Positions 38,413-47,116 of a stretch of DNA of 64,000 nt are shown piece after piece (the first letter of the stretch is position 1; the number at the start of each line of letters is the position of its first letter). The stretch spans positions 2,080,001 through 2,144,000 of the forward strand of contig OY969767.1 in assembly GCA_963702895.1 (NCBI GenBank). Reading direction: 5' to 3'. The position numbers were made by a program, and so were the translations under genes. The stretch comes from an uncultured Elusimicrobia bacterium (GTDB lineage Bacteria; Elusimicrobiota; Elusimicrobia; 2-01-FULL-59-12). The notes beneath the pieces are model-generated. The model saw only the letters and a list, made by a program, of their open reading frames with translations, ran no database searches and was not told the DNA's origin.

Positions 38413-39477
38413 TCATTTCGTTAGAATTTCATATCCACGACGGGTTACGAGCAGCGTGTCCTCAATGCGCACGCCGCCCCAGCCCTGCAAATAAATACCC
38501 GGCTCAACCGTAATGATCATGCCGGGTTCTAAAACATCCTGGCCTGTCGGGCCCACCCAGGGCGCTTCGTGGATCTCCACTCCCACGCCGTGGCCCGTGC
38601 TGTGTATAAAACGGTTCCCGTAACCGGCTCGCTCAATTTCTTCGCGAGCGATTTGGTCAATCCGGGAAGTCTTGACACCTGGTTTTACGGCTTGGATGGC
38701 GAGCATTTGGGCGCGGGCTACTGTATCGTAAACCTTGCGGCCAAGTGACGACATTTTACCCAAAAAGAAGGTCCTACTCAAGTCGGAGCAGTAGCCATCC
38801 ACGAGGGCTCCGATATCGCACAAAACGACCTCATTTTTTCGCAAAACCCGGTTTCCGGTAATGTAGTGCGGATAGGCTGCGTTTTCCCCAGAGGCCACAA
38901 TGGAATCAAAGGACGCTTTGGTGGCCCCGTGCTTGCGGATATAGGATTCGAACTCCGCCGCCAGGTCACATTCACGCATGCCGGGCCTGGCGATCTTTTT
39001 GATGTGCTGGTATCCCTTTGCCGCGGCATGACCGGCGGCGCGTAGAGCCTTGATCTCCTTGGCGTCCTTCTTGCAGCGCAGCGGGGTGGTCGCGCCGGGA
39101 ACGGGAACCCACTTGAGTTTAGAGCCGGCAGCTTTGCGCATCCCCATCGCGTAAGCTTCAGCGATGCGGTAGGGATCATAACCGATGGTTTTCCAGCCGG
39201 CTTTCACGGCATAATCGACCATCGTCCCATAACCGTCCGAGAGCTTCTTGAGCGGAACAACTTCATAGCCACCGGCAAGCGCCTTGGCTTGGTCGACCGC
39301 GAGCATGGGAACAAACATCGCCGCCTTGGATTTGCCGATCAAAGCCCAACAGCCTTCCGCTCCATATCCGGAAAGATAAAAGAGATCTGGAATATGTGTG
39401 ACCCAGTAGCCGTCGACTTTGAAACGGGACAGGCGGGCTTGGAACGCGCTGGAGTGGGGACTGGCCTTTCTCATCAT
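38413..39477 (-). CDS. Xaa-Pro aminopeptidase (M24B)
   Basis: DGYCSDLSRT, HSTGHGVGVEIHEAP, TVEPGIY, GVRIED. Confidence 0.94.
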   Translation of the reverse strand: MMRKASPHSSAFQARLSRFKVDGYWVTHIPDLFYLSGYGAEGCWALIGKSKAAMFVPMLAVDQAKALAGGYEVVPLKKLSDGYGTMVDYAVKAGWKTIGYDPYRIAEAYAMGMRKAAGSKLKWVPVPGATTPLRCKKDAKEIKALRAAGHAAAKGYQHIKKIARPGMRECDLAAEFESYIRKHGATKASFDSIVASGENAAYPHYITGNRVLRKNEVVLCDIGALVDGYCSDLSRTFFLGKMSSLGRKVYDTVARAQMLAIQAVKPGVKTSRIDQIAREEIERAGYGNRFIHSTGHGVGVEIHEAPWVGPTGQDVLEPGMIITVEPGIYLQGWGGVRIEDTLLVTRRGYEILTK

Positions 39478-40226
39478 AAACGCGCGGTCATCATTTTGGC
39501 TTGTCGGGTCTGGAAATCCTGGTCATAGCGCGGATAAAGCGCGCGGATGCGTTCCTGGAGCTCGCGATAAGGGAGCTGGCCGCTCGCCGTTGGGGTCCCG
39601 ATAAACCCATAAATGAGACAGGCGTCAAAAAGGGGAGCCGCGTAGCGCGAGAGGCTTCCCAAGGGCCCCATGCCCATGACCGTCATGAGTTTTTTGGGGC
39701 TAAACCTCTGGTTGAGATCCAAGAGTGTTCGAACATCGGTCTCGGATTTAACGCGCGTGGCAATTTTGAAAATATCCGCTTTTTTGCTGTAAGCCGCGCG
39801 CGCGATTTTCACGAGGTGTTGGGCGGAGGGAGTCGCCTGGTAATCGTGACAGGAGATCACCAGTCCCAGGTTCAACTTCTTGACGTTCTTGATGATCTCG
39901 CGCCACGGGTATTTCGGGTTCCACTCCACATCCACGAGAGAGGCGTGCGCCAGGGCCCGCCAATGCACCGGTTGCCACCAGTTCGGAAAAGGGTGGCCGC
40001 CACGGAAGCTGACCAGCATCGGGATGCCCACTTTTTCTTTGAACCGGGCCATTTTCTCGAGCATATCCTCCCGGAAGAAATTTCCCCAGATATCGAGGCG
40101 AATCTCGACCATATCAGCCCTGTCCGTTCGGGCCTGTTCCAAAAGATAAGGCAAATCATCCCCATCGAGTGAGGCCACCAGGAACGGCCGTGTCTTCTTT
40201 AAAGCTTCCAGAACGTCATTCTTCAT
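39474..40226 (-). CDS. aroD: Type I 3-dehydroquinate dehydratase
   Basis: EIRLD, SCHDY, KIAT, MGPLGSLSR, TASGQL; aro operon context. Start uncertain. Confidence 0.85.
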   Translation of the reverse strand: MKNDVLEALKKTRPFLVASLDGDDLPYLLEQARTDRADMVEIRLDIWGNFFREDMLEKMARFKEKVGIPMLVSFRGGHPFPNWWQPVHWRALAHASLVDVEWNPKYPWREIIKNVKKLNLGLVISCHDYQATPSAQHLVKIARAAYSKKADIFKIATRVKSETDVRTLLDLNQRFSPKKLMTVMGMGPLGSLSRYAAPLFDACLIYGFIGTPTASGQLPYRELQERIRALYPRYDQDFQTRQAKMMTARL

Positions 40227-40274
40227 GATTGGATTTCTCGTTTTCCCCTCCCCCAACCGCGGAGATGGCTTCCG

Positions 40275-41342
40275 TTACAAACCTGCAGACTGCAAGGCGA
40301 CACTGAGAATTTCCGGCGGCACCTCTTGACCTGAGATGGCCTTCCCAATTTCCTTAAGGAGAACAAAACCGACTTTTCCTCCCAGGGATTTTTTATCACG
40401 CGCCAGATACTGCAAGAGGTGCGCGCGTGGAATTTTTCGGCTCACACGGGAGGGAAGTCCTGCCCGGCTGAGGAGGTTCCCGATCCTGATCCTGCTTTGA
40501 CCGTCCAAGCCCGTCATTTGCTCGGAAAGCACACCCGCCACCCACATCCCAATCGAAATGGCCTCCCCGTGGAGGTAGTGGCGGTACCCCATGGCCCCCT
40601 CAATGGCATGGCCGACCGTATGGCCAAAATTCAGGAGCGCCCGAAGGCCCGTCCGCTCCGTGGGATCCTTCTTCACGATCTCCTCCTTGATCCTGGCGCA
40701 ACGCGCGATGATCGCGTCCCATTCTGGAGAATACCCCTGGCACAGGACATCCATTTTGCTCTCGAGCTGCTCAAAGAGCGCTGCGTCCGCGATGGCCCCA
40801 TACTTAATCACTTCGGCAAGCCCGTTCCGCCAATGGCGGACCGGAAGTGTCTTCAAGAGTGCGGGCGTGATCCATATGAGGCGGGGATGATAGAAAGAGC
40901 CCACCAGGTTTTTCCCCTCCGGAATATCGATACCTGTCTTTCCTCCAATGGACGCGTCCACCTGGGCGAGAAGGGTCGTCGGCACCTGCGCGTAGGACAG
41001 TCCGCGCAGGAAGGTGGCCGCGATAAATCCTGTCAGGTCCCCCACAACACCGCCCCCCAGCGCCAGGAGCCAGGATTTCCTCTCGTATTTCTTCCTGGCC
41101 AATGTTCGGTAGAGGCTACGCGCCTGAGACAAGGTTTTGGACCTCTCCCCGCTCGGAACACGCGTTAGAGAAACGTCGAAACCGGCACGGGACAAAGCGT
41201 TCTTAAGACCTTGTCCGTAGCGGCTGGCGACGGCCGAATCGGCCACAACCATGACCTTCGACCCGGACTTGGCGACTTGCGCAAGAACTCCGGGAAGCTC
41301 CGCGAGGGTCCTTCCGATGATCAGTTCACTCATCCATGCCAT
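40275..41342 (-). CDS. aroB: 3-dehydroquinate synthase
   Basis: LGGGVVGDL, PTTLLAQVDASIGGKTG, LNFGHTVGHA. Confidence 0.96.
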   Translation of the reverse strand: MAWMSELIIGRTLAELPGVLAQVAKSGSKVMVVADSAVASRYGQGLKNALSRAGFDVSLTRVPSGERSKTLSQARSLYRTLARKKYERKSWLLALGGGVVGDLTGFIAATFLRGLSYAQVPTTLLAQVDASIGGKTGIDIPEGKNLVGSFYHPRLIWITPALLKTLPVRHWRNGLAEVIKYGAIADAALFEQLESKMDVLCQGYSPEWDAIIARCARIKEEIVKKDPTERTGLRALLNFGHTVGHAIEGAMGYRHYLHGEAISIGMWVAGVLSEQMTGLDGQSRIRIGNLLSRAGLPSRVSRKIPRAHLLQYLARDKKSLGGKVGFVLLKEIGKAISGQEVPPEILSVALQSAGL

Positions 41343-41842
41343 GGCGGCGATACTTTTTGTGTGATTTCCTCGACTACTTGAGAAAGGGTCTTGTTGTCCG
41401 TGTCCACTTGGACAGGGCAGAGATCGTAGATGGCTTTTCGCTCTTTCAGCAAGCGCTCCAGCTTCTGCTCCAGATGTTCTCCCGCCAAAAGCGGCCTTGT
41501 GCGGTCCTCTTTGATGCGACCGAGGAGCGTATCGGTACGGGCGCGAAGACAGACGAGAACAGCGTTCTTTTCTAAGGCTTTGCGGTTGACCTCATCCAAG
41601 AGAGCGCCGCCACCGGTCGCGATCACCATTCTGTCTTTCTGAGCGATTTCCGTGATGGCGGCAGACTCCAGTTTCCGAAAGGCGGCCTCCCCCTCCTGAG
41701 CGAAGAGATCGGGAATCGACTTGCCTGCCTTCTTTGAAATTTCAACATCGAGGTCCACAAACGGCACGCGCAATCGGTCCGCCAACTGCCGACCAACAGC
41801 CGTTTTACCGGTCCCCATGAAACCCGTCAGGACAATATTCAT
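41330..41842 (-). CDS. aroK: Shikimate kinase
   Basis: GFMGTGKT, GEAAFRKLE, ATGGG, RPLL. Confidence 0.96.
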   Translation of the reverse strand: MNIVLTGFMGTGKTAVGRQLADRLRVPFVDLDVEISKKAGKSIPDLFAQEGEAAFRKLESAAITEIAQKDRMVIATGGGALLDEVNRKALEKNAVLVCLRARTDTLLGRIKEDRTRPLLAGEHLEQKLERLLKERKAIYDLCPVQVDTDNKTLSQVVEEITQKVSPPWHG

Positions 41843-41886
41843 GGTTCCATCCTCGCCCTGACCCTCCCGTCGCAGCCAGGGGTCAT
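41839..41886. repeat. Degenerate family A copy filling the aroC-aroK gap
   Basis: TCATGGTTC ... TGACCCT-14 nt-GGGTCAT; same ends and spacing as 32715-32765. Confidence 0.65.
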
Positions 41887-43049
41887 CTCGCGCGAACGTC
41901 CTCCACGTAACGGATGAAGTTATCTTTCATTTCGCGCAAGCTATCGCCGCCAAATTTTTCCCGCATGGCGAGCGCAATCTCAAAAGCGGCAATCGCCTCG
42001 GCGGCCACACCCGCCGCCGGGACCGCGATGACGTCGGAGCGGATCGTCTCCGCCGTGATGGGCTCTTTCGTCTCCATATGGACGGTTTTGAGCGGCTTCA
42101 TCAGGGTCGAGATTGGTTTTTTCGCGACGGACAGGACAATGGGCTCTCCCGTGGTCATGCCGCCCTCAAACCCTCCCGCGTTGTTGGAACCACGGTAGAA
42201 GCCTCTGTCCTGGGAATAGAAAATCTCATCATGGACTTGGCTGCCGAACTTGCGTGAAGCGTCAAAGCCCAGGCCGAACTCCACGCCTTTCATGGCTTGT
42301 AACGACATCATGGCCCAGGCGAGTCGCCCTTCCAGCTTCCTGTCCCATTGCACATGGCTCCCCAGACCGACCGGGCATCCGGTGATGACCACCGTGAAGA
42401 CACCGCCGAGCGTATCGCCGCCCGCTTTGGCCTGATCGATGAATCCGATCATGGCCTTTTCCGCTTCCGGGTCCGGACAGCGGACCGGCGAGGCTTCCGT
42501 TTTAGAGATGATTTCCGCCGCTGTCTTGGGAATATTTCGAGCGCGTACGGATCCAATTTCCCGCACATAGGAAAAGATATTGATCCCAAAAGGTTCGAGC
42601 ATCTTGCGGCAGACCGCGCCGACCGCCACCCGCATGGCGGTTTCCCGAGCGGAGGCGCGCTCAAGGATGTCTTGCGCGTCTTGGCGTCCATATTTGAGCA
42701 TCCCCACGAGGTCCGCGTGGCCGGGGCGCGGCTTCAGGATTCGCTTGGATTCGTCGCGGTCTTGTGGATCGACCGAGAGAAGCTTCTGCCACTTCTCCCA
42801 TTCCTTATTGAAAATGGTCATCGCGATGGGCGCGCCCGTGGTTTCGCCCCAACGAAGGCCGCCCGAGACTTGCACCTGGTCTGTTTCGATCGCCATGCGA
42901 GCGCCGCGGCCATAGCCTTTTTGCCGACGGGCTAATTCCTGGTTAATATCATGCTCGGTGACGGCGACGCCCGCTGGCATCCCGTCCAGGATAGCGCTCA
43001 GGGCGAGCCCGTGTGATTCACCGGCGGTCAGATATCGTAAGGCGCTCAT
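41883..43049 (-). CDS. aroC: Chorismate synthase
   Basis: TAGESHG, PRPGHAD, ERASARETA, NNAGGFEGG. Confidence 0.97.
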   Translation of the reverse strand: MSALRYLTAGESHGLALSAILDGMPAGVAVTEHDINQELARRQKGYGRGARMAIETDQVQVSGGLRWGETTGAPIAMTIFNKEWEKWQKLLSVDPQDRDESKRILKPRPGHADLVGMLKYGRQDAQDILERASARETAMRVAVGAVCRKMLEPFGINIFSYVREIGSVRARNIPKTAAEIISKTEASPVRCPDPEAEKAMIGFIDQAKAGGDTLGGVFTVVITGCPVGLGSHVQWDRKLEGRLAWAMMSLQAMKGVEFGLGFDASRKFGSQVHDEIFYSQDRGFYRGSNNAGGFEGGMTTGEPIVLSVAKKPISTLMKPLKTVHMETKEPITAETIRSDVIAVPAAGVAAEAIAAFEIALAMREKFGGDSLREMKDNFIRYVEDVRAR

Positions 43050-43906
43050 TTGATGAATTTCAGCGCGTGTTCCACCGCGTTTTTCATGACACGGAAGGGC
43101 GCGCGCTTCCCCGTGAAAATTTCAAAGGACCTGGCCCCCTGGGACACGAGCATCCCCAGGCCGTCCAGATGCTTCAGTCCCCGGCGGCGCGCCATGGCGA
43201 GCAGCGCCGTATCGCTATACACCAGGTCATACACAAAGAGTTTCGGGTGAAGACAGTTGGGATTCAGGGTGAGCCGTTCGCTGCCCTTGAGGCCCACCGA
43301 GGTGGCATTGACGAGAAGATCGGACTCTCGAATCAGCCAATAAAGCGCTCGCGATTCATCAAGCGCGACCGCCAGGGTCTCCCGGTCGGTGTGCCGCTGC
43401 ACACGCTTGGCAAGAACCTGCGCTCGGTTCTTGCTGCGATTGGCGATCACGAGGCGCCGAACCCCTGCTCCCGCAAGGGCCATGGCGACAGCGCTGGCGG
43501 CTCCACCGGCACCCAAGATCACGACCTTTTTCCCGGAGGGCTCAAAATGACCGTCCTTGTGGAGCGAAAGCAAAAAGCCGGAACCGTCTGTGTTATAGCC
43601 GTAGAGCTTACCGGCCTTCTGGACAATCGTATTGACGGCGCCGACCTGCTTGGCGGAAGCGTCTAACTCGTCGAGAAATTCAATCACGCCCCCCTTGTGA
43701 GGCACCGTGATATTCACACCGGAGATTCCCAGCGCGCGCAGAGAAAGGGTCGCTTTCCCCAGATCCTCCGGCTTCACCGCAAAAGGCACATAGACCGCAT
43801 GGATGCCCAGCGCTTCAAAGGCCGCGTTATGCATGATGGGGGAAAGCGAATGCTCCACCGGATATCCCATAATGCCGAAGATTTGTGTATTCCCGAATAC
43901 TTTCAT
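43046..43906 (-). CDS. aroE: Shikimate dehydrogenase
   Basis: HSLSPIMHN, NITVPHK, GAVNT, NTDG, GAGGAA. Confidence 0.96.
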   Translation of the reverse strand: MKVFGNTQIFGIMGYPVEHSLSPIMHNAAFEALGIHAVYVPFAVKPEDLGKATLSLRALGISGVNITVPHKGGVIEFLDELDASAKQVGAVNTIVQKAGKLYGYNTDGSGFLLSLHKDGHFEPSGKKVVILGAGGAASAVAMALAGAGVRRLVIANRSKNRAQVLAKRVQRHTDRETLAVALDESRALYWLIRESDLLVNATSVGLKGSERLTLNPNCLHPKLFVYDLVYSDTALLAMARRRGLKHLDGLGMLVSQGARSFEIFTGKRAPFRVMKNAVEHALKFIK

Positions 43907-43924
43907 ATCCCCCCCCATTCAGCG

Positions 43925-43965
43925 CGTCATCCCAAAGAACCCGGCTAACGGCATGCCGGGGTGAC
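43925..43965. repeat. Internally deleted family B element
   Basis: CGTCATCCC...CCCGGCTAAC..ATGCCGGGGTGAC. Confidence 0.75.
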
Positions 43966-43975
43966 AGCGTAAAGT

Positions 43976-45322
43976 CTATGTCCCGCCGACCGAAATCCCT
44001 TTAATCCACAGGGTCGGAGACCCTACGGATCCGTAAAAAACAAGATCATTTCCTACGGCTTCGATGTTTCGAAACAAATCGAGCAAGTTCCCCGCAATGG
44101 TCACCCCGCGCACGCCATGCGAGCGCTTGCCGCCCTCAATCTTTTCTCCCATGATGCCCAGGGAATAATCCCCAGAGACGGTATCGACGGTATGCAGCCC
44201 CATGACATTTCGAACATAAATGGCTGTGCCCGCCCCTTTCAGCAGATCGTCAGGCGCATGGTTCCCCGGCTTGACGAAGAAATTCGTCGATTCAGGCTCA
44301 GGCAGTCCTTTATACGAAGACCGGCCCGCGTTGCCAGTGGAGACTTGACCCACTTTGCGGGCGGAAGCCGAATCATAGAGAAATCCCTTCAGCACCCCGT
44401 CTTGGATGACGGTGGTGGTTTGGGTGGGCATCCCCTCCGCATCAAAGGGAGAACTCCCCAAGCCTCTCTTCAGACAACCATCGTCCAGGAGGGTCACACA
44501 CGCTGAGGCGATGCGTTCTCCCACCTTCATCCCCAGGAAAGACCTCCCTTTGAGCACTTGATCCGCCCGCAAGGCGCTCGCCAAGAGCTCGAGCATCTCC
44601 GCGGAAACAAGCGGATCCAAGAGGAGATTGTACCGCCCGGAAGGCACTTGTTGACCGCCCAAAAGCGAAAGCGTGTGATCGAGGGTCCGATCGATCACTC
44701 GATCGATGCGGAGATCTTCGTAGTGACGAACCGCCTGAAATCCATAACCGACCTGGGTTTCAGCCCCTTGGGTCGCGACACAAGCCAGCGAAAAACTCAG
44801 GGAGGTGCCGCAAGTCCATGCCGTGACTCCCGTGGAGCTGGTGATCGCTGAATCAGAGCAGCCTTCGCGGTAGCTCGCGCGGAGGACTTTCCTCAGACGA
44901 CTGTCCCGCTTTTTGACCTTTTCCTCAAGGGAGCTCAGGAACTCTGAGCGCTCCTCAAAAGTTTGGCTTCGCAGGGTTTCATCGACAAGGTCAAGATCTT
45001 CTCCCTTCCCTAGCGTCTGAGGTTTGGGCAGTTCCAGCTGCGAATCGGCACCCGTCACGTGGCTGGCGTCCACAGCCGCTTCCGCTAGCCAGGAGAGTCC
45101 CTCCGGGTCCAAACGATTGGTCGAAGCAAATCCCAATTTGCCTTGATCCACCACGCGAAGACCCATCCCTCGGCTTTTGGAGATCGATAAATTTTCCGGG
45201 CGCCCCTCGCTCCATTCCTGGGTACGATGTTCGGAACGGATGAAAAAGGCCTCCGACTGCGCGGAGGGGGCGAGATGGCGAAGCACCTCCAGAACTTGGT
45301 CGCCCAAAGTCGAAGGCGTCAT
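43976..45322 (-). CDS. PmbA/TldE family protein
   Basis: GMGLRV, PFDAEG, STGNA, SGDYS, GVTIAGN; no HExxxH. ATGA-coupled start at 45322. Confidence 0.9.
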   Translation of the reverse strand: MTPSTLGDQVLEVLRHLAPSAQSEAFFIRSEHRTQEWSEGRPENLSISKSRGMGLRVVDQGKLGFASTNRLDPEGLSWLAEAAVDASHVTGADSQLELPKPQTLGKGEDLDLVDETLRSQTFEERSEFLSSLEEKVKKRDSRLRKVLRASYREGCSDSAITSSTGVTAWTCGTSLSFSLACVATQGAETQVGYGFQAVRHYEDLRIDRVIDRTLDHTLSLLGGQQVPSGRYNLLLDPLVSAEMLELLASALRADQVLKGRSFLGMKVGERIASACVTLLDDGCLKRGLGSSPFDAEGMPTQTTTVIQDGVLKGFLYDSASARKVGQVSTGNAGRSSYKGLPEPESTNFFVKPGNHAPDDLLKGAGTAIYVRNVMGLHTVDTVSGDYSLGIMGEKIEGGKRSHGVRGVTIAGNLLDLFRNIEAVGNDLVFYGSVGSPTLWIKGISVGGT

Positions 45323-45534
45323 CGAACTGGAGTCGTGTAGCCGAGGACAAGCAAGATAAAGCCAATCAAAAGAAGCCAAGCCCCCACTTTTTTCCCCTTC
45401 AGGAGAACCAACGAATCTTTGAAGAAAGTCTCGCGCATAAAGGCATTCAGGCGCACGATCTGTTGAGGATCCAGAAGGTAGCCCAGGCCTATGAAAACAA
45501 GCAAGAAACCCAAGGAGAGCCGGAGCAGGAACAT
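45319..45534 (-). CDS. Small two-TM hypothetical protein
   Basis: Two hydrophobic helices; ATGA overlap with pmbA; the upstream part of the track ORF is repeat-derived. Confidence 0.65.
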   Translation of the reverse strand: MFLLRLSLGFLLVFIGLGYLLDPQQIVRLNAFMRETFFKDSLVLLKGKKVGAWLLLIGFILLVLGYTTPVR

Positions 45535-45614
45535 GGTTCGACTCACTTCCATTCGCTCACTACTGGTTCGACCCATCACGGACGGTGAGCGAGCTAATTA
45601 TCGCGAGTCGAACC
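45532..45614. repeat. Family A palindromic element
   Basis: CATGGTTCGACT..CGCTCAC ... GTGAGCG..AGTCGAACC inverted arms. Confidence 0.8.
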
Positions 45615-45747
45615 GCGACGAGGAATCTATCAAAATCCGTCGAGAATAGTCAATCAATTGGAAGAAATGAATAAGGTTGCCGAAGAGGGTGACTGATGGG
45701 CCAGAAGGCCCATTCATGGGCGTAATGGCCTCCAGTATGACAAAGGG

Positions 45748-45781
45748 ATGTAACACTCCTGTAATATTGCCCAAGTACACT
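45748..45781 (+). promoter_or_regulatory. Second Pho-box-like promoter
   Basis: ATGTAAC-ACTC-CTGTAAT, then 10 bp, then TACACT; same geometry as 15390-15423. Confidence 0.62.
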
Positions 45782-45797
45782 TGACGACAGACTTCTC

Positions 45798-46244
45798 ATG
45801 AACATCCTCGGGGTTGCTTCTTTGGTTTCGATCGATCGCCTGCCGGGTAAGCGTGGGCTGCGTTATCTCTGCACCTTGTTCCTCCTTAGCGGGCTCCCGT
45901 GTTTTCTATCAGCGGTGCAGTCTCGTGATACCTGTGAGCTCTACAGCTGGGAGAAAGGCAATGAATGGTATTACACTCTCGTCGCAGGCCAAGACCGCTC
46001 TCGCGATGCCCTTGAGATTCGCTGGTCGGCCGGGCGCGTAAGAGGTATTTATCCCCTCAAAGAAAAGATTTTTGACTTGCCCGCGGGGACCAAGGTGCAT
46101 TGGCGCGAAATGGACGATCGTGGCCTGGTCCTGCCTCCCCCTCCCATCGTCGCGGACCTGACGAAGTACGCGGCCAGTGTCGGCGTGGCTATCGTGGTGC
46201 ATCCCTCGCCACCGTCCTCCCACCCACATCCCAAGAAAGACTGA
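45798..46244 (+). CDS. Hypothetical exported protein (ELYSW motif)
   Basis: Hydrophobic N-terminal segment, globular remainder, upstream promoter. Confidence 0.7.
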   Translation: MNILGVASLVSIDRLPGKRGLRYLCTLFLLSGLPCFLSAVQSRDTCELYSWEKGNEWYYTLVAGQDRSRDALEIRWSAGRVRGIYPLKEKIFDLPAGTKVHWREMDDRGLVLPPPPIVADLTKYAASVGVAIVVHPSPPSSHPHPKKD

Positions 46245-46326
46245 CTGAAAGCGGCACTTGGCGTTGCCTCTCTTCTGAAATCCATCACGGCACCTTTATA
46301 TGATAGTGGCCTCTGACCAATCTCCG

Positions 46327-46869
46327 ATGAAGCTCACGATCAAACACAAAGAGCGCTTCAAGAAAGTGGTCCGACGCTATCAGGGCCGTGCCATTGGGTT
46401 TCGGATGGATGAAATTTTCCTCCACGATGGCCGTGTCCGCACCCGGGAATACCTGACCCACCCCGGGGCCGTAGGAGTTCTTGCGTTGGAATCGCCCGAA
46501 ACGATCATCCTCGTCAAGCAATACCGGTACCCGATCGCCCAATTCACCTATGAGATTCCAGCGGGGAAGCTTTCCAAAGGTGAAAATCCACTGGCTTGCG
46601 TGAAGAGGGAACTGCAAGAGGAGACTGGCTTTGTCGCGAAAAAAATACGGAAATTGCTTTCCTACTGGCCGAGCGCGGCCTTTTCGCAGGAAGTCATCCA
46701 CCTCTATGTTGCCGAAGGTCTCAAACCCGCGCGCATGAACCCCGATGAGGATGAGTTCTTGGAACTGGTGCGCCTGAGCCCGCAAAAACTTCAGTGGATG
46801 ATCCAGCGAGGGACCATCCAGGATTCGAAAACCCTGATTGCTTATCTCGCCTGGAAAGCATTCTGCTAG
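46327..46869 (+). CDS. NUDIX hydrolase (ADP-ribose pyrophosphatase-like)
   Basis: HPGAV, QYRYP, EIPAGKL..GE..LACVKRELQEETG, DSKT. Confidence 0.93.
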   Translation: MKLTIKHKERFKKVVRRYQGRAIGFRMDEIFLHDGRVRTREYLTHPGAVGVLALESPETIILVKQYRYPIAQFTYEIPAGKLSKGENPLACVKRELQEETGFVAKKIRKLLSYWPSAAFSQEVIHLYVAEGLKPARMNPDEDEFLELVRLSPQKLQWMIQRGTIQDSKTLIAYLAWKAFC

Positions 46870-46921
46870 AGGACTTGGGCCAGGGGTCTCCGCCAGCCCA
46901 CCTGCAAGCCTGTTGCGCAAA

Positions 46922-46946
46922 CTTTCGACATAGCTCCCCGCTCAGG
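46922..46946. repeat. Single family A arm
   Basis: CTTTCGAC..CGCTCAGG, the complement of the CCTGAGC..GTCGAAG arm. Confidence 0.5.
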
Positions 46947-47036
46947 ACGATGCCTTCCGAGAGTCACCCTGCAAGATCCCTCCCTGGCTCGCAGGACCTC
47001 GCAGCGTGAGGATCGCCCAAATAATCCGATAAGCCA

Positions 47037-47076
47037 CCCCTGACGTCATCCCCCGCGGCCGTCAGCGGGGGATCCA
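47037..47076. repeat. Half family B element
   Basis: CCCCTGACGTCATCCCCCGCGG (22 bp) identical to the start of the 33.7 kb copy. Confidence 0.85.
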
Positions 47077-47116
47077 TCGACGGCCTTGGTGTAGGTGTTG
47101 GTGGCGGGATCGAAGA

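Noticed and set aside
6613..47076. CRISPR array
   Set aside because: The repeats are dispersed palindromes, not regularly spaced direct repeats with unique spacers; no cas genes.
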